This document shows, piece after piece, positions 26,301 to 37,977 of a stretch of 64,000 bases of DNA (position 1 is its first letter; each line of letters starts with the position of its first letter). The stretch covers positions 1 through 64,000 of the forward strand of contig JAUCBJ010006426.1 in the NCBI GenBank assembly GCA_032718475.1, written 5' to 3'. The notes beneath the pieces are model-generated. The model was not told the DNA's origin, did no database searches, and saw only the letters and a program-made list of their open reading frames with translations. Position numbers and translations under genes: made by a program. Source of the stretch: Nemertoderma westbladi. Lineage: Eukaryota > Animalia > Xenacoelomorpha.

Positions 26301-29300
26301 CCCTTCCATGCATGAATTAATTTTTTTTTCAAATTTTTTCAGAAAAAACTATTTTCTGGTATATTTTTACCTGCAAATTCAGAAAAAAATATCAAAAATT
26401 AAAAAAAATGGTCAGTTTTTGAGCTATGGTGCGTTTTGTCTGCGTGCCACATATGGCACGATATGCATTAGAGGTAACAAAAAGTATAAACCCTTTAGTG
26501 CATGATGGGCCATATATGGCACAACACATAACACGACTCCCACGAAGTAGAAGAAAAATGTGCTTTTAATTTTATTATAATTTCCTTTTTTTATAATTAC
26601 ATAGATAATTACACACAAATCAGTTTGTGTGAAATTTCCTGAAACAATTTTGATCTTTATTAAAACATAAGGCAGTTTGGCATTTTTCGCAACTAACGAA
26701 TGTCCTTTTATGACAGTTTGAAAGTTTACACCTCAGTCGCTTTGGTTCATAAGAAGGCCAATGGCCAGTGCAGTCAAGCCTTATATCATCTCTTGGAAGT
26801 GGGGGTTCCCTTTTCCTTGGTTCTGTGGACAATGTACTTGGGCGACCACCTCTTGCACTTGAAATTCGAGATCCAATTCGGCACATCGTCACTCCTAGAC
26901 TCTCCCGAAACTCTGTGATGGTCATGTTAGAACTTGGACCATGAACCTTCCTGAACAAGATCCAACTATTGACAATAGTTACATCTATTAGATGGTAAAA
27001 CATGCGAAAATACCATTTCTTTGTCTTCATCCTTATTCGGTTTCGACCTAGGAAACTATTATGCAGGTCTACTCCTCCCATAAACCGATTGTACTCACGG
27101 ATTGCAGCAGGCTGTGATACTTCTCTATATTCCCCAGCACTTCTGAAATATCTTCTACATGTTCCAATAGGCATTTCCCCAACATAACTCGATGCCACAT
27201 GTACTGCTTTATTATCATTCCATGCCACTACACTAATATCTACACCTTTCTTTAATTTATCCTGCATCTCACTAACAGTTATATCATCCCCCTCTTTACC
27301 TGAACCATCTGCACCAACAATTCCTCTTCCACCCCCTCTCATTCTGACGTTTCCTCTACTACCTGCACTTCCGGCTCCAATAATTCCTCTTCCACCCCCT
27401 CTCACTCTGACGTTTCCTCTACCACCTACACCTCCAATTCGAGCAATTCCTCTTCCACCCCCTCTCACTCGAATGTTTCCTCTACCACCTACAACTCCAA
27501 TTCCAACAATTCCTCTTCTACCCCCTCTAACTCTGGCATTTCCTCTGACACCTGCACTTGCCGCTCCAACAATTCCTCTACCACCTCTCACTCCAAAAAA
27601 ATCGCTATCACATCCACTGTCTCTCTCATCCTGAACTGGCGCAATGTTGGTTACCACTTCGTCTGAATAACCTCTATCTTCCTTTCCGATATCTGCCACT
27701 GACTTGATTGGAAGTCCAGGAAATCGATTTCTCTGAATTGTCCCAAGCGAGTATATTCCACAGATAGCCAAATATACAAAAAGGCCCAGTGTACTAAAAT
27801 AGTTATCGAAATACAATTTATGGTTTTTATTTCTTGGTATACATCTACTAAGACGCATGACTATATTCGCACTAGCCCCAAGATCAGGTTCGCATGTATA
27901 TCTCTTTGGTTGTTCACCTGAATAGATCTCAAATACATATGTAAAGCCACTGATACCACATAGACATAGAAACTTAAATCCCCACTTATGAGGCTTCTTC
28001 GGGTTATACTGTCTCATGAAATGTTTAAACTTGGTTGCACAAATTTGTTCGTCCACGGACAAATACTCCTCACATGGAATTGTTCCAAACATCTTGTTTA
28101 GATGGTCAATAATAGGTCGCAGCCAAAATAAGCGATCATGATTAGGTTCACCCCTGGGAATCATATTAGTCACATCATTAAAATGTAAGAAGCGGCGAAT
28201 TTTCTCGAATATATTAACTGGCATTGTGTTAATTATTGTAGCATTGCCCATATAATAACTCCAGTAATGTCTGACATTGTTCAGCGGCATTATTGACATT
28301 AAGATGAGTATTCCTAAATATTTTGTGACAAGATTAGGAGTCAAAGAAAATTGTTGATTAACATCAACCTGCCTGGTGTATATATTAGATTCCCAGCACA
28401 TCTTTTCAACAATTTCTTTATTAAAGAAATACGAAAAAAATTGGTATGGTGATTCTAAACAGGTTACCGATTCTGGGAGCACTTCTGGGGAAAATGGATT
28501 GTCATGCCAGACAATGTGGCCTTCTTCCCATTTTACCTGCGTTGCTATGATGCCCAAGTTTGGTTTGAATTGCCCTTGATCGTTATCTGTCGTTGCTATC
28601 TGAACGTCCACTTGATCGTTGATAACATTTTGTTCTTGGCTTTGTTGAACTATTTCTGATGTTGAGGTGCTTCTGATCATGGGATTTTCATGATGTTGAT
28701 TTCCATAAAATCTTCTCACTGGAATTGAAATTGGAGTTTCAATCTCTGATTCCGATCCGGAATCTGATATATCTAATGAACTGCAACTATAATCCGAATC
28801 TGCTGATATGACAATGTTTAATTGTTCAATGTCTTCAAGGTCATCTTCTAAAAAAGAATCATCCATTTTACATTTTGCTTTTACATATCATGTCACACAT
28901 ACAAATTACACATCAATTCCATATTACAGTTAAAGTAAGCCAAATCTCTAAACAACATGTATAATTATTGAAGACATTCAACTAAATCTATAACATGTAT
29001 GTACATACAATCGAATAATTACCAGTTCACATAAATTCCACACAAAATGTGAAGTTATACAATAAATTGTTCAAACTAATAAAATTAAAATAACACTATA
29101 TTATTAATGTAATTTTAGAAGATATTGACAAACTGTTGTCTAGTGCAGTAGATTCATAAAAGATTTAAAACAGAAAAGAAAATGGATAAATGAAAGACTG
29201 ATTGAAATATACAATAGTCTGACTATAAGTAGCTGGATTCAGGCAGACAGGTAGAGTAAACGATGTTGGTGTTCCATTTGTGGCACGCTATGCAGTGAAC

Positions 29301-29712
29301 ACGTAAACATTTCTTTAAGTCTCTATTGCACACTGTGCCATATATGGAACACATGTATTTTTCACTGTAATGGACAAATTCTAAACTTTTACAATAATTT
29401 TGCATTTTTGGGTTATAAAGCGATAATTTGTTTACTAGAAAATAGTTTTTTTAACCACCACTGGCATATACATCGAAAATTACAACTCATTGAAAACTGT
29501 CAATTTTTGAAATTATCAATTTTAGACCTGGCCCGTTCTAAAGCATTATAAAAGTAATTCACACGCCATCTTGTGTACAGATTGTGTTTCAACTGCAAGA
29601 ATATAGAATTCAAGACATGTCCACCAAAGATTAGGATATTATGAGCAGGTTTCCATTCTGTAGAATTAAAAATAATAGGTGTTCCATATATGGCACAGCA
29701 TGCATGGAAGGG
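26301..29712 (-). mobile_element. Full-length piggyBac transposon
   Basis: Perfect 14-bp TIR CCCTTCCATGCATG / CATGCATGGAAGGG; TTAA at 29713-29716 and TTAA+AA at 26295-26300; subterminal GTGCCATATATGG-type motifs at both ends. Confidence 0.92.
26620..28866 (-). CDS. piggyBac transposase, open 748-aa ORF with internal Gly/Arg-rich insertion
   Basis: Catalytic motifs VDEQ, FDNYF and GGVDL; QYNPKKPHKWG; C-terminal CRD CKLSNC...CEKC...LC...CF..FH. Confidence 0.92.
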   Translation of the reverse strand: MDDSFLEDDLEDIEQLNIVISADSDYSCSSLDISDSGSESEIETPISIPVRRFYGNQHHENPMIRSTSTSEIVQQSQEQNVINDQVDVQIATTDNDQGQFKPNLGIIATQVKWEEGHIVWHDNPFSPEVLPESVTCLESPYQFFSYFFNKEIVEKMCWESNIYTRQVDVNQQFSLTPNLVTKYLGILILMSIMPLNNVRHYWSYYMGNATIINTMPVNIFEKIRRFLHFNDVTNMIPRGEPNHDRLFWLRPIIDHLNKMFGTIPCEEYLSVDEQICATKFKHFMRQYNPKKPHKWGFKFLCLCGISGFTYVFEIYSGEQPKRYTCEPDLGASANIVMRLSRCIPRNKNHKLYFDNYFSTLGLFVYLAICGIYSLGTIQRNRFPGLPIKSVADIGKEDRGYSDEVVTNIAPVQDERDSGCDSDFFGVRGGRGIVGAASAGVRGNARVRGGRRGIVGIGVVGGRGNIRVRGGGRGIARIGGVGGRGNVRVRGGGRGIIGAGSAGSRGNVRMRGGGRGIVGADGSGKEGDDITVSEMQDKLKKGVDISVVAWNDNKAVHVASSYVGEMPIGTCRRYFRSAGEYREVSQPAAIREYNRFMGGVDLHNSFLGRNRIRMKTKKWYFRMFYHLIDVTIVNSWILFRKVHGPSSNMTITEFRESLGVTMCRIGSRISSARGGRPSTLSTEPRKREPPLPRDDIRLDCTGHWPSYEPKRLRCKLSNCHKRTFVSCEKCQTALCFNKDQNCFRKFHTN

Positions 29713-30485
29713 TTAATACTAGGTAGGTATTAGGTAGGCCTATCTGCCTAGGCCTATACCAACATAGACAACAATAATAGGCCTAGTCTAGCCTAGCTAG
29801 ACGGTCATTGAGGGGTTTTGGTTTCGGGGACTGCGCAGGCCTATATGGGGAGAAGGACTGGTGGACGAATTCTAAACTCCACTCCGACCAAGAAACTGCT
29901 GCCTGCATTACAATTATTTTTCTGTCATGTTTGTGCCATTTCATCCTAAACCAATATTGAATAAGTATTAATAAGTTAAACCCACGTTCGTTGTGACCCT
30001 GTCCAATAGTGATAATTGTATTAATATAATTCAATTATTTTATTAAATTATTTTCCAATAATAGGCCTAGTTGAAATAAATGTATACATATCCAGCACCA
30101 GTATTACCGGTATGGTGAAATGAAAAAAATACATTTTAATATTGAAAAAGAAGGAGCAAAGCTATCAAAATTTTTATGGCAAAATATTTTTCTCACTTTG
30201 CATGCACTTCATGACTTTTGATCTTTTGCAAAGATTACTGAGCACTTTCAGTGTTTTTTACACAATTCTGCATAGGCCTATGTTTATTTCAATTCCACTC
30301 ACAGCACTATTGACTATTTCAAATCCGTGCACAATGTGTTGCAGTTTTTGCATTCCATTTTCAGCCTGGTATAGGCATAGACTATACTACAGTACTACAT
30401 ACCAGTAGTATACTAATTAAGATATAAGTAAGTTAAACCCTAGTAAATTTACATTCCCTATGCTATAGGCAGTTACGGACAGTTG

Positions 30486-30817
30486 CCTATATAGGCATCA
30501 ATAGACATTTCCTATTTAGGCAACATTTACAATGTAGTGTTGCCTTTATAGGTAATAGTGATGTATCTTTACTGCCTAATTAGGCAACATGTGACGGTCA
30601 GTGTTATAGATTATATTTTTTAAAATAAAGAATTAATTTGGCGCTGAATATTATTGTTACTTTAATAAATACAACAAGGTATAGCCCTGTAATTGATACT
30701 GGAACCAATTTTATTTACCTGTTTGTCTGGACGCAATGGTGTCTTTTTGTGAGGTGATGTCACTCATGTTGCCTAAATAGGGAACCTCAAAAAATTGGTT
30801 TGTGATGCCTATTTAGG
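30486..30817. promoter_or_regulatory. Six perfect CArG boxes CC(A/T)6GG in the left TIR
   Basis: CCTATATAGG 30486, CCTATTTAGG 30511, CCTTTATAGG 30543, CCTAATTAGG 30575, CCTAAATAGG 30772, CCTATTTAGG 30808; most flanked by GTTG/GATG and CAAC/CATC. The motifs are directly visible; their function is inferred. Confidence 0.75.
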
Positions 30818-31335
30818 CAACTACATACAGACATATACATACTGATATACTTTGATTATAAGAAAACGTTTTGGAGGATTGAGCTCAGTCAATCATTTTA
30901 TCTTTTTTTACTCTGTTACCGATTTCAGGATTTAATTTCTTTTAATTTACTTCCAGTACCTATACTCTTAAGACTGTCATGTCATAGTGGGGATTCATAT
31001 TGCGTAGTAGGCCTACAGTTGTAGCAGAGCAGCGCAGCAGTAGGTATGCCATGTCAAGATACTAGTAGTTATTATTTAGGCTGCTTTTAAGGCTCAGATT
31101 GGCAGATTGTTTCTATTTCGAATTTTTAATAATTGAGTCTGAGCGTTTCTGTATTTAGTATTGTGAAATTTTATACCTTCACTAATTCAGTCAATATAGG
31201 CTAGGCGACTTCATTTCATTGCAAGTGATCAAAGACATATATGTAGTTGCTATTCAGTCTTAAATCAGTTAGTATATACTGGATATTATATAGTGATTAG
31301 AGTACAGCCTTTGATACTGCCGACAGCCAGACTGC

Positions 31336-34300
31336 TTGGCGCCAAACAAAGGAGTAGAAACCGGATTGTGGGCCGCCACTATCCCTCGAAGAGGAATGCC
31401 GTGTTGCAGGTGCGGCATCAACAGCACTTGCGTGCGGGGCTGCGCCTGTGTAAAGGCCAAGATAGACTGCCTGAACTGCGTTCCCGGTAAGCGGAGACGG
31501 TGCCGAAACGGCGGGACCGATTCACCGATCAGCCAATCCCAACCCACCCCGACCAGCGATGGACTACGAGACTTGGTTTCACCCATTTCGTTCTCCCAGC
31601 CAACAGCTACAGAGTCGGGGGGGAGGGACGAGTCCTTCGACGAGACTTTGGTGGTGGAATTGTCGGACAGCGATGGTTCTTTCCATTCGCTCAGCGACAC
31701 ATTGGTGTCACGTAGTTCTGTGTCCGAGGTCAGTCTATCAGCCTCAACGACTCCAGAAGTCGGACTGTCGGGTCCAGATGTGCTCATGGGTCAGGGGAAC
31801 CCCGTTTCGCCAACCATTGATGCCGCCTCCCTGGACTGCGCCTCCGGTGTAGCCCCTACGGTGTCCAGTGCTGCCCCCCTTACCCCAACAGTGTCCGGTG
31901 TTGCCCCCCTCACCCATATGGTGTCCGGTGTTGCCCCACTCTCCACAACGGTGTCCGGTGTTGCCTCCCTAGATCTCACGCATACGGTGTCCGGGGTCGC
32001 CCCTACGGTGGCTGGTGTCGCCGCCCTCACCCCTACGGTGTCCGGTGTTGCCCCACTCACCACAACGGTGTCCGGGGTTGCCCCCCTCGATCTCACCCCT
32101 ATGGTGTCCGGGGTCGCCCCTACGGTGTCCGGTGTCGCCCCTATGGTGTCCGGTGTTGCTCCCCTCGCCCCTACGGTGTCCGGTGTTGCCACCCTCGCCC
32201 CAAATGTGTCTGGTGTTGCCCCCCTCGCCCAAACGGTGTCTGGTGCTGCCCCCCGGGCCCCCATGGTGTCTGGTGGCTCCCCCCTTGCCCCTATGGTGTC
32301 CGGGGTCTCCCCCCTCGCCCCAATGGTGTCCGGTGTTGCCCCCCTCGCCCCTATGGTGTCTGGTGCGCCACTGGTAGCCACAGCAACGCGACCACGCGGA
32401 ACTACGCAGCCGCTGAGTGCCACAACGCCAATAGCTGCCCCAATCCCGCCAACGAACGCCAACTCCAACAGAATAGTTTCATGGGGCAATGTAAGGCTAC
32501 CTTTACTTCAGTTGGAGACCTCGATCAATGGCGTCTACGACGTCATTGTTCACTGGCGACCCAATCTATTTTTGGTTCCACAGGGTATGGTCGGGCGCGA
32601 TTTTGTGGCAGGAATGTCCAATCTTCTGTCACTAGTGACGACGGGGAACCCTCTGCAGTCGTTTGCGCTGAAGGCGTTGATGGCAGCCCCGGCTTTGTTG
32701 CTCCAGAAACCAAGCCGCGCATCAACAACGGCGACACACCGGCGGGTTCTAGAATGCCGGCTGGAAAGTTGGAAACGCGGCGAATTCGGTGAACTCCTCG
32801 TGGAAGCCAGAGCAATTCAGGCGCACCTCCCCAAGCAACGTTTCCGAGCCGATTCTCAGAACGTTGCCATGCAGAAAGCGTTTGTGCGTCACATGCTGGT
32901 GGGAAACGTGTCTGCGGCGACAAGGAGTCTCAGCGACCTGAACCAGGGGAAACCGCTGAAGTTGGACGATACTTTCGTGGACAAAGACGGAACGACGAAG
33001 ATTGTCCGCGATGTTCTGCGGGAGAAACACCCGGCCGCGAAACCCGCCGATGAATCCATTCTCCTCACAGAGTTCGTTGGAGCCCCAGAGTACCACAGCG
33101 TGATATTTGAGCGCCTGAATGGACAGCTCATCTTGTCCAGTCTTCTAAGGATGCGTGGAAACGCTTCGGGACCTTCGGGGTTGGACGTCCAGGGATGGAA
33201 ACATCTCCTGACGAGGTTCCGGAATCAATCAACGGAGCTCTGTGACCGAATCGCCGATTTGGGGAAACTCATATCGCAGACTGTTCTTCCTCCAGGAATT
33301 CTTACACCGTTTCTGTCCGCCCGACTGCTAGCGCTTGATAAGAACCCCGGAGTCCGTCCCATCGGGATAGGCGAGGTTATCCGCCTGGTGGTCGTCAAGG
33401 CGGCGATGACCTGTATCCGCGGGGATCTACAGGAGGTGGGCGGCCAGAAGGCCGGCATCGAGTCCGCCATCCACTCGCTGAACGACGTGTTCGCCACGGA
33501 CAATGGCGACGCCGTCCTCCAGATCGACGCCACAAATGCGTTCAACGCGCTGAACCGCGAGGCGGCGCTGCAAAACATCCGGCTGGTCTGCCCCGCGCTT
33601 CACACCATCGTAGTGAATTGCTACGACCAGCCGTCGTGTTTGTTCGTGGGGGGCGAGACGATGTTCTCGGAGGAGGGCTCGACGCAGGGCGACCCGGTGG
33701 CGATGCCGATGTTTGGCGTCGGTCTCGTCCCGTTACTCGCCGAGCTTATGCGCGCCTGTACTGTCGTTCAGAAGTGGTACGCGGACGACGGGAATGCCGT
33801 GGGGAAACTCAAGGAACTCCAGAAGTTCTGGGACGTGGTGTCAGTGAGGGGGCCTCTCTACGGGTACTACCCGACTAAGTGCTGCCTCACCGTCAAGCCG
33901 GAGAAGTTGGAGGAGGCGAAGGAGATTTTCGCGGACACCGGCGTTGCCATCGACACGGTGGGGAACAAACTCCTCGGCGGAGTAATCGGGACCGAGGAGT
34001 TCCAGCGCGAGTACACCGAGCGGAAGGTGGAGGAGTTTGCCGCCGACGTGGATCGCCTCGCCACCATCGCCGCAGTCGACCCGCACTGCGCGTACGCCGG
34101 CCTCGCCTTCGGTCTCTCCTGCCGGTGGCGGTTCTTGGCGCGCGTCGTCCCGGGGGCCACGGATTCTTTTGGGAAGTTGGAGGAGGCCGTGGAACAGTGC
34201 CTCTGCCGGATCATTGACCGGCCGGCGGTATCGGCGACGGAACGCGAGTTGCTGTCGCTACCGCTTCGGGATGGTGGGCTGGGGATCCCGGTTCCCGAGG

Positions 34301-35288
34301 ATCTACGACCCCAATACGAGAAATACTGCGACCCGTTCATCTCCATGGAGGGCGAGTCAATGGTGGCAGTTAGGGAAGAGCAGACGCACGTAGCGAAGTT
34401 AGTTGCAGCCTCCTCCTCTGTTGTAGCGAAAGCTAAAAAGGAGGAGGTTTATGACAAATTAAGTAGTGAAATGCACAATTTGTGCGGACTAACTACTGAG
34501 AAAGGTGCGTCTGCCTGGCTAAATACCAAACCCTTAACGTTACACGACACTCACCTGTCCAAGGAAGAGTTCCGTGATGCAGTTTGTCTCCGGTACGGTT
34601 GGTCGCCAAGAAATCTTCCCTCTCGTTGTGTCTGTGGGTCGCGATTTTCTCCTTCCCACGTTCTGTCGTGTCCCACTGGGGGGTTCCCCTCAATCAGACA
34701 TAACGAGATCCGCGATTTCATCGCCGACTCCCTGACTGAGGTGGCCCACAACGTGGCTGTCGAGCCGATGCTCCAGCCGCTGACGGGGGAGTCCTTCACT
34801 CTCCGGTCCACCTCGACGGACCAGCAGGCGAGACTCGACGTGTCGGTAAGCGGATTCTGGGGCAACTGCTTCCAGAAGATGTTTATCGCGTGTCGGTGTT
34901 CAACCCGCTGGCGGACACCAACGCAGCGATGTCGCTGGACGCCGCCCACCTCCATCACGAGGCGAGGAAGATCCGGAGATACGAGGAGCGGATCCGTGAG
35001 GTTGAGCACTCAACCTTCACCCCCCTCATATTTTCCGCTTTCGGGGGCATGGCGCCGGCTGCGAAGCAGTTTGTCAAGTGGCTGGCGTTGAGGCTGTCGG
35101 AGAAACGACAGGTTCCCTACCCGGAGTCAGTAGTGTGGGTGCGGCGATGCATCAATTTCGCCTTACTCCGGTCGTCCCTGATGTGCCTCCGTGGGTTTCG
35201 GTCGGCCGCTAGAAGACCGGTGCGGGCAGCGGTGGCGGACGCGTCCATTGTGTGGGCGAACGCGGACTCGGACCCCGGGATGGCTTAG
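31336..35288 (+). pseudogene. CRE ORF: Cys-rich N-terminus, tandem repeat, RT, zinc finger, restriction-like endonuclease; frameshift at ~34888
   Basis: CCRC...C...CAC.....C.NC; GPSG, RPIGIGE, QIDATNAFN, GSTQGDP, WYADD, LRDGGLG; CVCG...HVLSC..GG....RHNEIRD; RLDV...; continuation HEARKIRRY...FTPLIFSAFGG in ORF 34890-35288. Confidence 0.9.
31845..32370 (+). repeat. In-frame ~30-bp tandem repeat (TVSGVAPLAP)n inside the CRE ORF
   Basis: About 18 copies of the core GTGTCCGGTGTTGCCCC. Confidence 0.9.
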
Positions 35289-35607
35289 ATGTTAGAGGTC
35301 TGGCGGGTTTGTTGGGTACTGGCAGTGGCAGACTGGTGATGGGTACTGAACCAATTTGTATGGTTTGTATTGTTGCTAGGTAACAGTTTGAATCAGCTGG
35401 TGGTGGGTTATATTTGTACTTGTTTTGGTGCGTTTTTATATTCGAATTATTGTTTGTTAATATTATAATATATGGAGGCTTTTGAGTAAAAAAAAAAAAA
35501 AAATATACTGTATTAATACATTTATCTCACCATCCAACTGTATATTACACACTATAGTTAGTCAGTCACATACTGTATTTAACCTAAATATATATAACCT
35601 AAACTAA

Positions 35608-37297
35608 ATGGAATTCGAAATTGGGAGCGATACCGATGATGATTGTAATGATTCTGGCCTGATGTTGATGAATAGATTGTGGCAAAATACACTACCCGAA
35701 CTTAATATACCGCCGCACTACTACCCAGTTGATCCACAACCCAAAACACCTCCATTATCCAACTGTGATATCCCATCTACGATTCTATTGGATTTCGATG
35801 ACGAAAGTAAAGATAAATCCTGGTTTCCTGTGAGGAATGATGGCAAGGGCATGTGTAGGGGTGGTTATGGTGTTGGACATGGTGGTTGTGACGGAGGAGG
35901 GGACAATGACATTGGGGTTATCACAGGGGGCATTGAGGGTAGGCCTATTGTAGTTGGTGCAGAAGGTATTTGGGGAGGTGATATTGGGGACACAGTAGTT
36001 GGAACTAACGTCATTGGGGGTGTTATTGGCAATGGGGAAATAGTAGTTGGAACTGCTGAGGACATTGGGGGTGATATTGAGAATATAGTAGTTGGAACTG
36101 AGGACATTGGGGGTGATATTGAGAATATAGTAGTTGGAACTGAGGACATTGTTGGTGATATTGAGAATATAGTAGTTGGTACTGAGGACATTGTTGGTGA
36201 TATTGAGAATATAGTAGTTGGTACTGAGGGTATTGGGGGTGACGTTGGGGACATTGTAGTTAGCGCTGAGGGCTTTGGGGGTGAGATTGGAAGTGGGGCT
36301 GAGAACATCGGACATAAAAAGAGAAAACTGAAATGCAAGACACAGGATCAACTGACTTTCAGTGCTGATAAAAAGCGCAATAGAGATTCAACTCTTTATA
36401 AACGAAAGTCAACCTTAAAATCTAAGTCTGATGATTTGGATATTACGACTCAAGTAAAAACAGACTTAATTTTTATGACCTCAAAGATTTCAAAGACAAC
36501 CAAAAAGGAAGTTTTCCATTTAGAATTTTATTCTTCGCATGATAAACACGCTACCAATACAAGTATTACAAGTCTTCTTTCTGGCCTAAATCTTCCCCTA
36601 TCTACTATTGGCAAACAAGAGTTCTCAACTAAGGGAGAGGCACGACAGGCTGTGGGCCGCATACTTATGGGAGATGAGTCTGCAGGCTATGGTGGCGGTG
36701 GAACTGCATGTGATTCGCATGTGGATGCACCACAGCCACTAGTCACACCAACAAAGGCGCCATATAGTGCAATGCCACGTGTGTTTCCTATTCCATCCCA
36801 AGTATGTAGGATTTGTGGGGTACTTAGTGGAGGAGAACGGGATATGGGAGGCTTGTGGTTTGGATGCCGTGGTATTGAAGGTAAATGTTCTGCATGGGCA
36901 CACGCCACTTGTCTTGGTGTTGGAAAAAATACAACAGCTATTACGGATAAATTGGAATGGAACTGTGCTGTTCATTTATCAGGGATCAGCACAACACAAA
37001 GCCGTGTTACACAGGTAATATCTAATAATCACGAACAAATGTGTCGGATCTGTGGGCGTCAGTATGGTGTCATTGTGGACATCGCTGGCCTTTGGCTAGG
37101 TTGTCAGGGGGGGTGATAGCGTCTTTAAACAGTGGGTCCATGCCCACTGCTTAGGTTTTCCAACTTTACGGAAAGGGAGTGAAACAGAAAAATCATTAGT
37201 GTGGGAATGCAAAGAACTCTCGAAATTACCTAATGTCCCTGTTTTAACCAAGAGAGGTAGAGGTCATCCTGCAAAAAGACAAATAAATAATTTGTAA
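35608..37297 (+). CDS. Transposon accessory protein: acidic 14-aa repeats, MADS-box-like segment, two PHD fingers, AT-hook-like tail (frameshift in poly-G at ~37110)
   Basis: NRDSTLYKRKSTLKSKSDDLDITTQVKTDLIF aligns without gaps to the MADS core; PHD1 CRIC...WFGC....C..WAHATC...WNCAVH; PHD2 CRIC...WLGC / WVHAHC...WEC; KRGRGHP before the stop at 37295-37297. Confidence 0.7.
35990..36270 (+). repeat. In-frame 42-bp tandem repeat (EDIGGDIENIVVGT)n
   Basis: Four near-identical units plus degenerate flanking copies. Confidence 0.9.
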
Positions 37298-37977
37298 TCA
37301 ACTAATTGAGTTTTATAGTTTAATATATAGGCCTACTTGTTGATTTTAAAACATTATTTACCTTTGTAACCTCACTATGCAATGATTTAAATGCAATAGT
37401 TAAGAATTTAATCAGTGAATCATACTTTTAATATTTTGTTTATCTTAAACTCAATTTAAGTATCAAACTCAATTCGAGACAGGGGAGCTGGGAGGGACTT
37501 GACACAAATCACACCTCGATGAATTAAATATATAATCTCGGCAAATTAGCAATGTTAATTATCAATTAAGGGAAAGGAGCAGGTTACAGTGGTATGCTAT
37601 TCTACAATAAACGAAAGTCAATAGCAAAGGCTACAGTGGCATATTATTCTAACCAAAACAATAAATTAAATACATATATTCAGGTTACAGTTTCATTTTT
37701 GAGAGTAACCATCTATGAGTTGCTTTGAATTTCCCCAGGGGAAGGATGAATTTTATTTTAATTGTGTCAAGAGTAACCCACCCCCCCCCCCCCCCCACAA
37801 CCCCATCTGCTCAATTCCAACTGATCATAACAACATTCAATAGGTGATTAGGCTAGGTGATGTATAAGATTTAATCAGTTTCATAATCACTAGAATTACT
37901 TGTATCCGTTTCATTACAGTCCAAGAGAGGCGGGAGTGAAGAGACAGTTTCAGTATAATCCTCTAAATATTTATTTA

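Larger units (their letters stand above)
31282..35502 (+). mobile_element. CRE-clade (RLE-type) non-LTR retrotransposon, near full length
   Basis: GC-rich island ending in poly(A) at 35488-35502; candidate 8-bp TSD ATATACTG (31274-31281, 35503-35510). Confidence 0.85.

Noticed and set aside
30456-30469. Insertion site of the large TIR element as a CArG box
   Set aside because: CCTATGCTATAGG does not fit CC(A/T)6GG in length or composition.
31269-35009. Numerous overlapping and antisense ORFs over the CRE element
   Set aside because: By-products of high GC content and in-frame repeats; no independent motifs.
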